Assembly (NCBI GenBank): GCA_965227295.1
Contig: OZ245742.1
Span: 4,128,001-4,192,000 of the forward strand
DNA from: Leptonemataceae bacterium
GTDB lineage: Bacteria; Spirochaetota; Leptospiria; Leptospirales; Leptonemataceae
Length of the DNA: 64,000 nt
Direction of reading: 5' to 3'
Part shown: in pieces, positions 30,776-39,624 of the stretch
How positions within the stretch are numbered: the stretch's first letter is position 1
How the letters are laid out: the number at the start of each line of letters is the position of its first letter
Made by a program: the position numbers and the translations under genes
The notes under the pieces: model-generated
Database searches by the model: none
Told to the model about the DNA's origin: nothing
Seen by the model: the letters and a program-made list of their open reading frames with translations, nothing else

Positions 30776-32191
30776 ATGGCACAGGACAAAGACTCGGCAT
30801 ACGAAGAAGAGTGGCGGAAGATCAAACCGCCGCTCGTAACCGGCGATAAGGTCTACAAAGACGTCAACGATGACGTCGTCGCCCCCATTGACGCGTTCCC
30901 CACGAAGTTGTGGTGGATCGCGTTCGGCATTTCGGTAGGCCTCCTCGGGCTCCTGGGCATCGAGATCGGCTGGCTGATCGCCAACGGCATGGGCGTCGTC
31001 GGTGTGAACGTTCCCATCTCCTGGGGCTCGTTCATCATCACGTTCGTTTTCTGGATCGGCATCGGTCACGCGGGAACGTTGATTTCCGCGGTCCTGTATA
31101 TCTTCCGGCAACAGTGGCGCACGGCCATCAACCGTTCCGCGGAAGCCATGACCATCTTCGCGGTCGCCTGCGCGGGTATCTTCCCGATCATCCACGTCGG
31201 TCGTCCCTGGCTGGTACTCATCTGGTTCCCGCCGCTGCCCAACGAACGCGGCACGCTGTGGCCGAACTTCCGTTCGCCGCTGCTCTGGGACCTTTTTGCA
31301 ATCTCTACTTACTTAACAATTTCGCTGGTCTTCTGGTACCTCGGCCTCGTGCCGGACCTCGCGTCCATCCGCGACCGTATCAAGGGCAGTGACTTCTGGC
31401 AGAAAATCCGCAAAAACTTCTACTCCGCCCTGTCTCTGGGCTGGGTGGGCAGCGCGCGCTCCTGGGCGCACTACGAATCCACGGCGATGATCCTCGCCGG
31501 CCTTTCGACGCCGCTCGTCCTTTCGGTGCACTCCATCGTATCCTTCGACTTTGCGACGTCGGTCATCCCGGGCTGGCACACGACTATCTTCCCGCCCTAC
31601 TTCGTCGCGGGCGCCATCTTCTCCGGCTTCGGCATGGTACTCACGCTGCTCATTCTCATGCGTGAGCTCTTTCAACTGAAAGACTACATTACCATGAAAC
31701 ACCTGGAGAACATGGCGAAAGTCTGCACACTCACGGGCATGCTCGTCGGCCTCGCCTACGGCACCGAGTTCTTCGTGGCCTGGTATTCGGGCTCCGAGCC
31801 GGAAGCCTTCGCATTCATCAACCGCGCCTTCGGTCCGTACTGGTGGGCCTACTGGATCATGATCTCGTGCAACGTGATCAGCCCGCAGATCTTCTGGTTC
31901 AAACAACTGCGCACGAACATCTACGTGCTGTGGGTGGTTTCGATCTTTATCAACATCGGTATGTGGTTCGAGCGCTTCGTGATCGTTGTCACGTCGCTGC
32001 ACCGCGACTTCCTGCCGTCCAGCTGGGACATGTATGTCATGACCATTCACGACTACGGCATCATGCTGGGCTCGTTTGGTTTGTTCTTTACGCTGTTCCT
32101 GCTGTTCTGCCGCTTTCTGCCGACCATTGCCATGGCGGAAATCAAGACGGTCATGAAATCCAAGGACGCGGCCAAGGGTTACGGACACTGA
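30776..32191 (+). CDS. actC: alternative complex III NrfD-like quinol-binding subunit
   Basis: [53 protein letters not shown]. Confidence 0.95.
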   Translation: MAQDKDSAYEEEWRKIKPPLVTGDKVYKDVNDDVVAPIDAFPTKLWWIAFGISVGLLGLLGIEIGWLIANGMGVVGVNVPISWGSFIITFVFWIGIGHAGTLISAVLYIFRQQWRTAINRSAEAMTIFAVACAGIFPIIHVGRPWLVLIWFPPLPNERGTLWPNFRSPLLWDLFAISTYLTISLVFWYLGLVPDLASIRDRIKGSDFWQKIRKNFYSALSLGWVGSARSWAHYESTAMILAGLSTPLVLSVHSIVSFDFATSVIPGWHTTIFPPYFVAGAIFSGFGMVLTLLILMRELFQLKDYITMKHLENMAKVCTLTGMLVGLAYGTEFFVAWYSGSEPEAFAFINRAFGPYWWAYWIMISCNVISPQIFWFKQLRTNIYVLWVVSIFINIGMWFERFVIVVTSLHRDFLPSSWDMYVMTIHDYGIMLGSFGLFFTLFLLFCRFLPTIAMAEIKTVMKSKDAAKGYGH

Positions 32192-32226
32192 TTCGAACGG
32201 CCATGCGCCAACGGAACTGAGATACT

Positions 32227-33000
32227 ATGAAAGAAAAACTGGATGCATTTCTGGCCGGCCTGGCCTCGAAAATCGATGCGGCCCTCACCGCACCGGGCCT
32301 GGCGTTTTTCAATTTCGTCGAGTCCTTCTTCCAGTATACCTACCGGGAGACGGAAAAGGGCATTTACTGTCTGTTCGATACGCCGGAAAAGATGAGCAAG
32401 GCCGCGAAGGCCACGCACGCCAGAGGCTACACGAACTTCGACTGCCTCACCCCGTTCCCGGTGCACGGCCTGGAGTTCGACATGGGCCTCACGCGCTCGA
32501 AGATTCCGTACATCACGTTCTTCGCCGGCCTTACCGGCCTCGCGATTGCGTTCGGTTTGCAAACCATCGTGCACGAAAACATCATCGAACGGCCGGAGTT
32601 CCTGGCCTTCCTCGACGGCTACCCGAACATCTGGTCCTACCCGCTGAACATCGGCGGCAAACCGACGTTCGCCTGGCCGGCCATGGTACCGATTCTCTTC
32701 GAACTTACGGTCCTCATCGGCGGACACACGACGGTGGCCGGACTCATCCTGCTCGCGAAGATGTACAAACCCTTCCGCGGCGTCCTGCACCCGGACATCA
32801 CGAACGACAAATTCGCGCTCTGGATTCCGGCGGACTCCGCCCACTACGACGAGGCCGGCGTGGCCGCGTTCATGAAGGAACTCGGCGCGGACAACATTAC
32901 GAAGGTGGACGGCGAAAATCAAAGCGCGGTCTCCGCACCGGCCGTGAGCGGCGACGCTCCGGTTGCGGGTGATAGCGCCCCGGAAACCGGCAACGGCTAA
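32227..33000 (+). CDS. actD: alternative complex III subunit ActD (DUF3341)
   Basis: TPFPVHGL, YPLNIGGKP, PILFELTVL, TNDKF. Confidence 0.92.
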   Translation: MKEKLDAFLAGLASKIDAALTAPGLAFFNFVESFFQYTYRETEKGIYCLFDTPEKMSKAAKATHARGYTNFDCLTPFPVHGLEFDMGLTRSKIPYITFFAGLTGLAIAFGLQTIVHENIIERPEFLAFLDGYPNIWSYPLNIGGKPTFAWPAMVPILFELTVLIGGHTTVAGLILLAKMYKPFRGVLHPDITNDKFALWIPADSAHYDEAGVAAFMKELGADNITKVDGENQSAVSAPAVSGDAPVAGDSAPETGNG

Positions 33001-33032
33001 TTTCTATTTAACGCAAACTTACGGCGAAACAC

Positions 33033-33662
33033 ATGAAGTTATCTAAACGATACAGCAACGTCCTTCGCACCGCGGGCATCGCGGCTGCCGTGCTCTTTCT
33101 CGCGAACTGCAACTACGGCGGGAGTCTTTCCGGAATCCACTGGTTCCTGGATATGCACGACGGCTACTCCGTGGAAAGCCAGGAAGAAGACTACACGAAC
33201 CTGGACGTCAGCAAGAACGGCGCCTGGACGCGCGGCATGGACAACAGCGAAATCTGGGGCGGCCCCGGTACGGTGGTTCGCATGCCGCCGGAAGGCACAA
33301 TCCCCCGTAACAAAGAACCGTATCCCTACGAGGCCACGGACTTCGCCGCCGCCGGGGCCGAACTGCGCAACCCGCTGCCGGCAACGAAGGCCATCCTCGC
33401 CCGGGGCCAGGACCAGTACAACGCCTACTGCGCGGTGTGCCACGGTTACACCGGAAACGGCGACGGCCCGGTCACCCCACGCTTTCCGGACGTACCGAGC
33501 CTGAATTCCGAAAAGATCAAGGCCTGGAAAGACGGTGAGATCTTTCACATCATTACGATGGGCCGCGCCCGGATGTATCCGTACGCGGCGCAGGTGGAAC
33601 CGAATGATCGTTGGGCGATCATCCGATACGTACGCCTGCTTCAGGCGAACAGCGAACAGTAA
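33033..33662 (+). CDS. actE: alternative complex III monoheme cytochrome c lipoprotein
   Basis: Lipobox LANC, DMH, PPEGTIPR, CAVCH, DGEIFHIITMG..RM, DRWAI. Confidence 0.92.
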   Translation: MKLSKRYSNVLRTAGIAAAVLFLANCNYGGSLSGIHWFLDMHDGYSVESQEEDYTNLDVSKNGAWTRGMDNSEIWGGPGTVVRMPPEGTIPRNKEPYPYEATDFAAAGAELRNPLPATKAILARGQDQYNAYCAVCHGYTGNGDGPVTPRFPDVPSLNSEKIKAWKDGEIFHIITMGRARMYPYAAQVEPNDRWAIIRYVRLLQANSEQ

Positions 33663-33685
33663 ACACAGTAACATTTGGTGAAATC

Positions 33686-35062
33686 ATGGTAAGCCTTCCG
33701 GAAGAATCGAAACTCCAGTTCAAGATTCCGAAACAACTGCAAACGATCTGCCTCGCGCTGGTTGCGGTTGGTCTCGTACTCACGGTGATCCAGGCGGTGA
33801 TTGCGCTGCCCGGCGGTGACGCCCACCACGGCGGCGACCATCATGCCGAAGCGGCGGACCACGGCGACGCGGCGCATGCCGAAGACCACGCTGCTGACGA
33901 AAACGGTGATGCAGCGCATGGGGAAGATCACGCCGTGGCGGAAGAGCACGGCGAAGAGGATCACGGCGAACACCACGGCTACACGGCAAAGATGCGCTTC
34001 TTTTACTCGCTGCATCTGGCACTGTTGATCCTGATCCCGCTCAGCCTGTCGGGCGTCTACTTCTCGGCCTACAACCATCTCTCCGGTGCGGCCTGGAGCG
34101 TGACCGTCCGCCGCGTGGCGGAGAACTTCTTCTGGGGCCTGCCGGTGGCCTTCGTGTTGTTGTTGGTCATCCTCTTCCTGGGCATCGGCGACGTATTCCA
34201 TCACTGGGTCGGCAAGGCGGAATCCGACCACCTGATCGCCCACAAAGAACCGTATCTCAACGTCGGTTTCTTTACCGTTCGTAACATCATCATCTTCCTG
34301 GTATGGATGGTCTTCGGTTATCTGTTCTGGCGCTGGTCCACGAAACAGGACGAGGACGGTAAACTCGGCCGGACCAAAATGCTCGCGCGCCTGGGCGGCG
34401 GTTTCCTCGTCGTCTTCGGTCTCACATACTCGGTTTCGACCTGGGACCTGGCCATGAGCCTGTACCCGCACTGGTTCTCCACGCTGTGGGCGCTTTACAT
34501 TTTCGCGGGCCTGGCGCTCACGCTCTTCGCGACGCTCATTCTCTGGACTTACTTTCTTAAGAAAGCCGGCTACTACGGCGACACCTTCAACGAGAACCAC
34601 TTCCACGATCTCGGGAAGTTCATGTTCGGCCACACGATCTTCTGGGCCTACATGGCGGTCTCTCAGTACCTGCTCATCTGGTACGGACACATTCCCGAGG
34701 TCACGACCTACTATAAATACCGCACCACCGGCGGCTGGTACTACGTAACCTTCTTCCTGGTGATTGCGCGCTTTGCGATTCCGTTCTTCGCTCTGGTGCG
34801 TCGCGACGTGAAACGCAACTGGAACTACATGGCGGTCCTGTCCGCCTGGATCCTCTTCGGCCAGGTCCTGGATATGTACTGGATCGTCTACCCGACGCTG
34901 GACGGTCACGGAGCCTTCATCATGTTCAGCTGGCAGGAACTCGGCCCGCTGCTCATGGTAGCCGGCGCCTTCATCTACCTGGTGGCGTGGGGCCTGTCAC
35001 GGAACTCGTTGATTCCGAAAAAAGACCCGCGCCTGGAGGAATGTCTGCACTTTCACCAGTGA
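33686..35062 (+). CDS. actF: alternative complex III subunit ActF with His-rich loop
   Basis: AAWS...RRVAE, K.PYLN, WDLAMSLYPHWFST, HFHDLGK, SQYLLIWY..IPE, PKKDPRLEE. ATG 33686. Confidence 0.92.
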   Translation: MVSLPEESKLQFKIPKQLQTICLALVAVGLVLTVIQAVIALPGGDAHHGGDHHAEAADHGDAAHAEDHAADENGDAAHGEDHAVAEEHGEEDHGEHHGYTAKMRFFYSLHLALLILIPLSLSGVYFSAYNHLSGAAWSVTVRRVAENFFWGLPVAFVLLLVILFLGIGDVFHHWVGKAESDHLIAHKEPYLNVGFFTVRNIIIFLVWMVFGYLFWRWSTKQDEDGKLGRTKMLARLGGGFLVVFGLTYSVSTWDLAMSLYPHWFSTLWALYIFAGLALTLFATLILWTYFLKKAGYYGDTFNENHFHDLGKFMFGHTIFWAYMAVSQYLLIWYGHIPEVTTYYKYRTTGGWYYVTFFLVIARFAIPFFALVRRDVKRNWNYMAVLSAWILFGQVLDMYWIVYPTLDGHGAFIMFSWQELGPLLMVAGAFIYLVAWGLSRNSLIPKKDPRLEECLHFHQ

Positions 35063-35109
35063 GACGGCGCGCCGAATTGTATTCATCGAAACTCAAGCAG
35101 AGAAGCAGC

Positions 35110-36066
35110 ATGCAGAACATAAAACGAAATAGTCTGATGTTCCTGGTAACGGCCCTGGCCGCGACCGCCACGGTAGCCTGCGGCGGACCGGACGGCAGCA
35201 TCGAAGGCCATCATTCGCCGAACCCGCTGAAGGTGCCGGTCTACGAAAGCAACGCCACGGTCGTATACAAAGGCTCCATCTATTACGCCGAAGCCGGCTG
35301 TGCGAAGTGCCACGGCGTCGGCTTTGACGGCGCCGGTCCGGACGCGAGCGGCGTGCAGAGCGAAACCGGCCTCAGCGTGCCGGGTTTCCAGAGCGTTGAG
35401 ATCGCCCCGGAAAAAACGCCCCTGGCCTACTTCAAAGCCATTACCGTGGGCACCGAAAAGCTGCCGACACACTCGTACCAATCTTACACGGACCGTGGTC
35501 GCTGGGCCATGGCCCACTTTCTGTATTCACTGACCACGAAACCTTCGGGACCGAAAGCCGCGGCTCACGGAGCCCAACTGGCGAAAGACGAGCAGGCCGT
35601 GCATGCGGCCTACGCTTCGGACCGTCGTTGGGTCATGGGCTACAAACCCATCGGAGAACGTGACAAAGCACCGGAGCTGGGTTCGCTCATGAAACTCACG
35701 AGCGTCGAAGAAGAGTACGCCACGGTCAGTGTGGACGAAGCCCGCAAAGACCGTCGCGATGTCACGCATGCGGGCTACGAACTCTACGAAAACAACTGCG
35801 TCATGTGCCACGGCAAGTACGGCGAGGGCATGGCGTCGAGCAAACGCTTCGGCCTGTACCGCTGTGATGAGCGCGATCGGCAGTGCGGCGTGTTCCTTTC
35901 CACCCGGGACTTCGCCGACAGCACGGCCCTGCAGAGCGCGGGCGCCTTCTCCGAAGCTCACGCCGCGGCCAGTGACGCGGGGCAAAACCTGCGCTCATTT
36001 TCGCACTTCAGCACCGAAGAGTGGCAGGACCTTTACGACTATACACGCAAGCTGGCGGGCCGGTAA
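35110..36066 (+). CDS. diheme cytochrome c lipoprotein
   Basis: Lipobox TVAC; CAKCH and CVMCH. ATG 35110. Confidence 0.85.
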   Translation: MQNIKRNSLMFLVTALAATATVACGGPDGSIEGHHSPNPLKVPVYESNATVVYKGSIYYAEAGCAKCHGVGFDGAGPDASGVQSETGLSVPGFQSVEIAPEKTPLAYFKAITVGTEKLPTHSYQSYTDRGRWAMAHFLYSLTTKPSGPKAAAHGAQLAKDEQAVHAAYASDRRWVMGYKPIGERDKAPELGSLMKLTSVEEEYATVSVDEARKDRRDVTHAGYELYENNCVMCHGKYGEGMASSKRFGLYRCDERDRQCGVFLSTRDFADSTALQSAGAFSEAHAAASDAGQNLRSFSHFSTEEWQDLYDYTRKLAGR

Positions 36067-36103
36067 GCGCTAATATGATTCGCCTGTACGTTAAGAGACA
36101 AGC

Positions 36104-37645
36104 ATGGAACTGATCAAAAATCTCATTAAACTCGTCGAAGACATTCACTTCACCGTGAAGGCCTATCTGCTCGCCGGCTTCCTCTGGTCCCTGGCGGCAC
36201 TCGCCCTGGGCCTCTTGAACCAGGTGCAGTTCTTCGTGATCCTGGGCATTCCGCCGGAGCTGGACTACGGTTACGTGCGCCCGCTCTACACGACGGCCCT
36301 CATTTACGGCGCCCTGCTCTCGTTCTTCTTCGGAGCGTCGTACTACATTCTCAAGAATGTGACGGGCTCCAATCCGCCCCTGGCCCTGGCCGCCTGGGCG
36401 GGATTCAAGCTGCACCAGATCGCGGTGCTCTTCGGCATCATTACGATCCTGGTCGGTTACAACAGCGGCCGGGAGTACGGCGAACTCAACTGGATCGCCG
36501 ACAACCTGCTGATCATCGCACTGGTTCTGTTTCTCGTAACGACGATCCAGGCGGTGATCGCCTCGGGTAAGAAAGATGCAACCGCCCTCGTGCCGATTTC
36601 TCTGGCCGTCGTCGCCGGCGCGGGCGGACTCATCTCGTATTTCTTCGCGAACTTCGGCCTGCCGAACAGCCCGCTGACCTCCGTGGGCATTTACCGCGGC
36701 ATGATGGATGCCACGCTCCAGGAAATGTTCCGGTACGGCGTCCTGGGATACTTCATCCTGTTTCCGTGCTTCGCGATGTTGAGTTACTTCGTTCCGTCCT
36801 ACTATAAAGTCCCGCTGTACAGCACCAGCGCCGTGCGCTTTCACACTTTCGCCATGATCATCCTGCTGCCCCTGGCCGGGGCTTCAGGCCTGGCATTTTC
36901 GGCGGCGCCCGGCCTCCAGGAAACCGTCGGCGTCTTTACGGCCCTCGCTCTGGGCTTCGCGATTCTCGCCGGCGCCTTCAACGTGCGCAACACACTGACC
37001 CGTTCCGGAAAGTACTTCCGTTCGGATGCGGTGGGCCTCACGTTGCGTTGGGGTCTCTTCTTCTTGATTGCTGTCGCCGTTCTGCGTATTTTTGCGACGC
37101 CGTTCTTCATGCAGGCCGCCGTAGGCTATACCGCATACAACGTAAAAGATCTCAGCCTGGACGTGGTGACCTACGCCCTGCCCATCGCCATCGGTGTGGC
37201 TTTCATCATCACCCAGAAGATCAGCAACCGCCGCCTGTCACCTTCCGCGGCCGGATGGTTCGTCTTCCTGTTCGTTCTTGGAGCAGCATTGCTCTGGATC
37301 GGCTCCGTCGCGGGCGGTCTGCTCCAGGGCGCAAGCCAGAGCGCTCTCGTGGACGGCGGCGTGCCCGGCGTAAAGGTTCCGGAAGTCACCGACTGGACCG
37401 CAGTCCTGGTTCCGGGCAGCCTCTATCAGGGCGAAGACTTCCTCGGGAAGTTCTTAATCAGCCTGCGCGGCCTGGCGTTCTTCGGCTACTTGCTGATCGT
37501 ACTCGCCGTGCTGATTGCGAGCCTGGCCTTCTTGCTGCATCATGTAGTCTCCGGACCGGAGTACAGCGAACCCGATCTGGAAGATAAGGAACGCGCGGCA
37601 GAAGAGGCCGCCGTTGCCGGAGCGTCCGGGCACGGCGCTCATTGA
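36104..37645 (+). CDS. CcoN-like (cbb3 subunit I fold) membrane protein lacking heme/Cu ligands
   Basis: Colinear with CcoN (YG.VRPL.T, REYGELNW, G..DA..Q, YFVP...PLYS, FRSD), but the His-ligand positions are substituted. Confidence 0.85.
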   Translation: MELIKNLIKLVEDIHFTVKAYLLAGFLWSLAALALGLLNQVQFFVILGIPPELDYGYVRPLYTTALIYGALLSFFFGASYYILKNVTGSNPPLALAAWAGFKLHQIAVLFGIITILVGYNSGREYGELNWIADNLLIIALVLFLVTTIQAVIASGKKDATALVPISLAVVAGAGGLISYFFANFGLPNSPLTSVGIYRGMMDATLQEMFRYGVLGYFILFPCFAMLSYFVPSYYKVPLYSTSAVRFHTFAMIILLPLAGASGLAFSAAPGLQETVGVFTALALGFAILAGAFNVRNTLTRSGKYFRSDAVGLTLRWGLFFLIAVAVLRIFATPFFMQAAVGYTAYNVKDLSLDVVTYALPIAIGVAFIITQKISNRRLSPSAAGWFVFLFVLGAALLWIGSVAGGLLQGASQSALVDGGVPGVKVPEVTDWTAVLVPGSLYQGEDFLGKFLISLRGLAFFGYLLIVLAVLIASLAFLLHHVVSGPEYSEPDLEDKERAAEEAAVAGASGHGAH

Positions 37646-37681
37646 TCGGCACTAACTACTAACAGTAAACGACTGAATACT

Positions 37682-38374
37682 ATGAGCGAAAAACAAAATC
37701 CCATCGCAAGTTTCCTCGACGATCTCATGAGCGATCCGCTCAAGCTCGCCGGCGCAACGATCGTGCTCAGCCTGGGCATCGGTTTCGCGGCGCTGCACTT
37801 TCCGTACGAAAGCATGCCCGCCTACGGCAGTCGCCATCTCACCATGGAGAAGGCGATTGTCGTGAAAGGCCAGGAAGTCTACTATCAGGAAGGCTGCCAG
37901 TACTGTCACAGCCAGAACCTGCGTTCGCTGAACTGGGAGGTCGCCCGCTTCGCTCAATCCGGCGCGGAACAACCCTACGGTTACTTTCCGCTGCCGGAAA
38001 TGATGGAGTACAATTTCGAAATGCCCTCGCTGCGCGGCAGCAGCCGGCTCGGCCCGGATCTCTCTCGCGTTGCCGGCCGATTCGACGAGGCTCAGCTCAC
38101 TTCGCTTCTGAAAAGCACGAAGACGGACAGTCTGCGCAGCGGCCACCATCGCTACGGCCACCTCTTCCAGAGTGACGCCGGCATCAATCCGCTCTTCCTG
38201 TCCTGGCGCATTCGCATGATGATGGAATGGCGCGCGCCGCTTTCCGATGATTTTCAAAAGAGCGCGTTCGAACAGTTGAACGACAAAAGTCGCGGCGACG
38301 CCCTGGTGGCCTATCTCCTCAGCCTCGGGAAAAAACAATCCGACTTCGCCGGAAAATTCTACAATAACCAGTAA
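37682..38374 (+). CDS. CcoO-like monoheme cytochrome c
   Basis: One TM, GQEVYYQEGCQYCHSQNLR, GSSRLGPDLSRV, DALVAYLLSLG. Confidence 0.88.
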   Translation: MSEKQNPIASFLDDLMSDPLKLAGATIVLSLGIGFAALHFPYESMPAYGSRHLTMEKAIVVKGQEVYYQEGCQYCHSQNLRSLNWEVARFAQSGAEQPYGYFPLPEMMEYNFEMPSLRGSSRLGPDLSRVAGRFDEAQLTSLLKSTKTDSLRSGHHRYGHLFQSDAGINPLFLSWRIRMMMEWRAPLSDDFQKSAFEQLNDKSRGDALVAYLLSLGKKQSDFAGKFYNNQ

Positions 38375-38391
38375 TTAATAAGAGTATTGAT

Positions 38392-38856
38392 ATGAGCAAT
38401 CCATCCCCCGCAGGTGTACCTAACTGGATTCTGTTTCTGTTCGTCGGATCGCTGATCGTCGGCGGCGCTTACGGTATCTTTAATCATGTGTTTCTCGGCC
38501 CCACGCCGATCAACGCTTACGTGATTCCCACCGTGGCGGAGGTTCCGCCGCGCACGCCCGAAAACATTCAGCTCGGTGAAGAGATTTACGGACGCGCCTG
38601 CGTCGCCTGCCACGGCCAGAACCTCGAAGGCCTGGTGGGCCCGTCGCTTGCGGACGCCGAATGGTGGCACCACCAGAACGAAACGGATATGGGCAAACTC
38701 ATCATGCGCGGCATCGGAGCCGGCCAGTCCGTCTCCGGTCAGATCATGCCCGCGAAGGGCGGCGCGGCGATCAGCGACGCCGACGTCTGGCGCGTGGTGT
38801 ACTTCCTGTCCGAAAAGAACGGAACGATCGAGAAAGATCAGAACGCCGGCGAGTAA
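38392..38856 (+). CDS. short CcoP-like monoheme cytochrome c
   Basis: P.W..LF TM segment, CVACHG, GPSL.D..W, IMPA. Confidence 0.85.
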   Translation: MSNPSPAGVPNWILFLFVGSLIVGGAYGIFNHVFLGPTPINAYVIPTVAEVPPRTPENIQLGEEIYGRACVACHGQNLEGLVGPSLADAEWWHHQNETDMGKLIMRGIGAGQSVSGQIMPAKGGAAISDADVWRVVYFLSEKNGTIEKDQNAGE

Positions 38857-38884
38857 GCGGCGAGATTGCCGCAAAAAATCGGGG

Positions 38885-38904
38885 CGTTTTTACCGCAGAG
38901 GCGC
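38885..38904 (+). repeat. short intergenic repeat TTTACCGCAGAGGCGC
   Basis: The same motif occurs near 45290-45308; both copies lie shortly after a stop codon. Confidence 0.6.
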
Positions 38905-38980
38905 GAAGTTCGCGGAGAGTGGGCGTGGTGGGTGCGCTGCTTCTGCGGTCGCGTTGGGTAAGTTTGATCCAGCTTAAGTT

Positions 38981-39126
38981 TAGCACAAGGGTGTGACATT
39001 TTGCTGGACGGGCCGTGGTTTTTTTGATATGATTCGCCTGCCCCCGCAGCGCCGCCGCCTGCCGGGATAGTTTCTGTTCTCCCTCCTCCGAAGAAGAGTC
39101 CACCCACAGGGGGTGGGTGAGGTGTA
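38981..39126. promoter_or_regulatory. repeated ~150-bp divergent-promoter/hairpin module (copy 2)
   Basis: Matches 23051-23196; TGGACG-N17-TATGAT at 39005-39033. Confidence 0.75.
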
Positions 39127-39620
39127 TTCTCCTCTTCAATTGGTTGGCACTATCAAGAACTGCAGGCAAAAAATGGGATACCTGTCCTCAAGCCCCATGG
39201 CTCTGTTAACTGGGTTTTCGACGACCAGGGCACTGTGATTGTGGATGATTCATCAGTTGCCCTGGGCTGTCATAATCGCCCCGACGCATCTTAAGTTGAT
39301 CGGATTACAGAATCAACACGCTGGGAATTCGCATGGTGTTCGATCAGAATAGGAGCGTAAAAGGAATATGGAGGCGCATGGAAGAGCACATGAAGGAATC
39401 ATCTGCGCTCGTATTTTGCGGCTACTGGTTCCCTGTGGCACACTTGTATTTCGTTTCAGTCCTGCGCACAGTCCTGACTACACACAAACCACGGATCATT
39501 CTGGTTAACCCAGATTCGCTACGAATTTCTGAGCGTCTCGAGGCACGGTTTTCTTTAGAACAAAATCAAATCTTGAAGCATTTCAATCTAAAGCAGTTTG
39601 TCCTCAACCAATTGCCCAGG
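39121..39620 (+). pseudogene. frameshifted 3' remnant of a SIR2-like (SIR2_2) gene
   Basis: VLKPHGSVNW (frame 1), AVIIAPTHLK (frame 2), IWRRM..LVFCGYWFP..HLYF..IILVNPD (frame 3). Lower GC; no N-terminus. Confidence 0.7.
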
Positions 39621-39624
39621 TCAG

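Noticed and set aside
33641..34909. Long antisense ORFs (also 24790-25734, 31313-32188, 62306-63364 and similar)
   Set aside because: These are shadow ORFs expected opposite high-GC coding genes.
36104..37645. ccoN pseudogene
   Set aside because: The frame is full length, with no stops or frameshifts and host-like codons, and structural motifs are retained.
36104..38856. Functional cbb3-type cytochrome c oxidase (ccoNOP)
   Set aside because: Subunit I appears to lack all heme b, heme b3 and CuB histidines and the cross-linked Tyr, so gene symbols were withheld.
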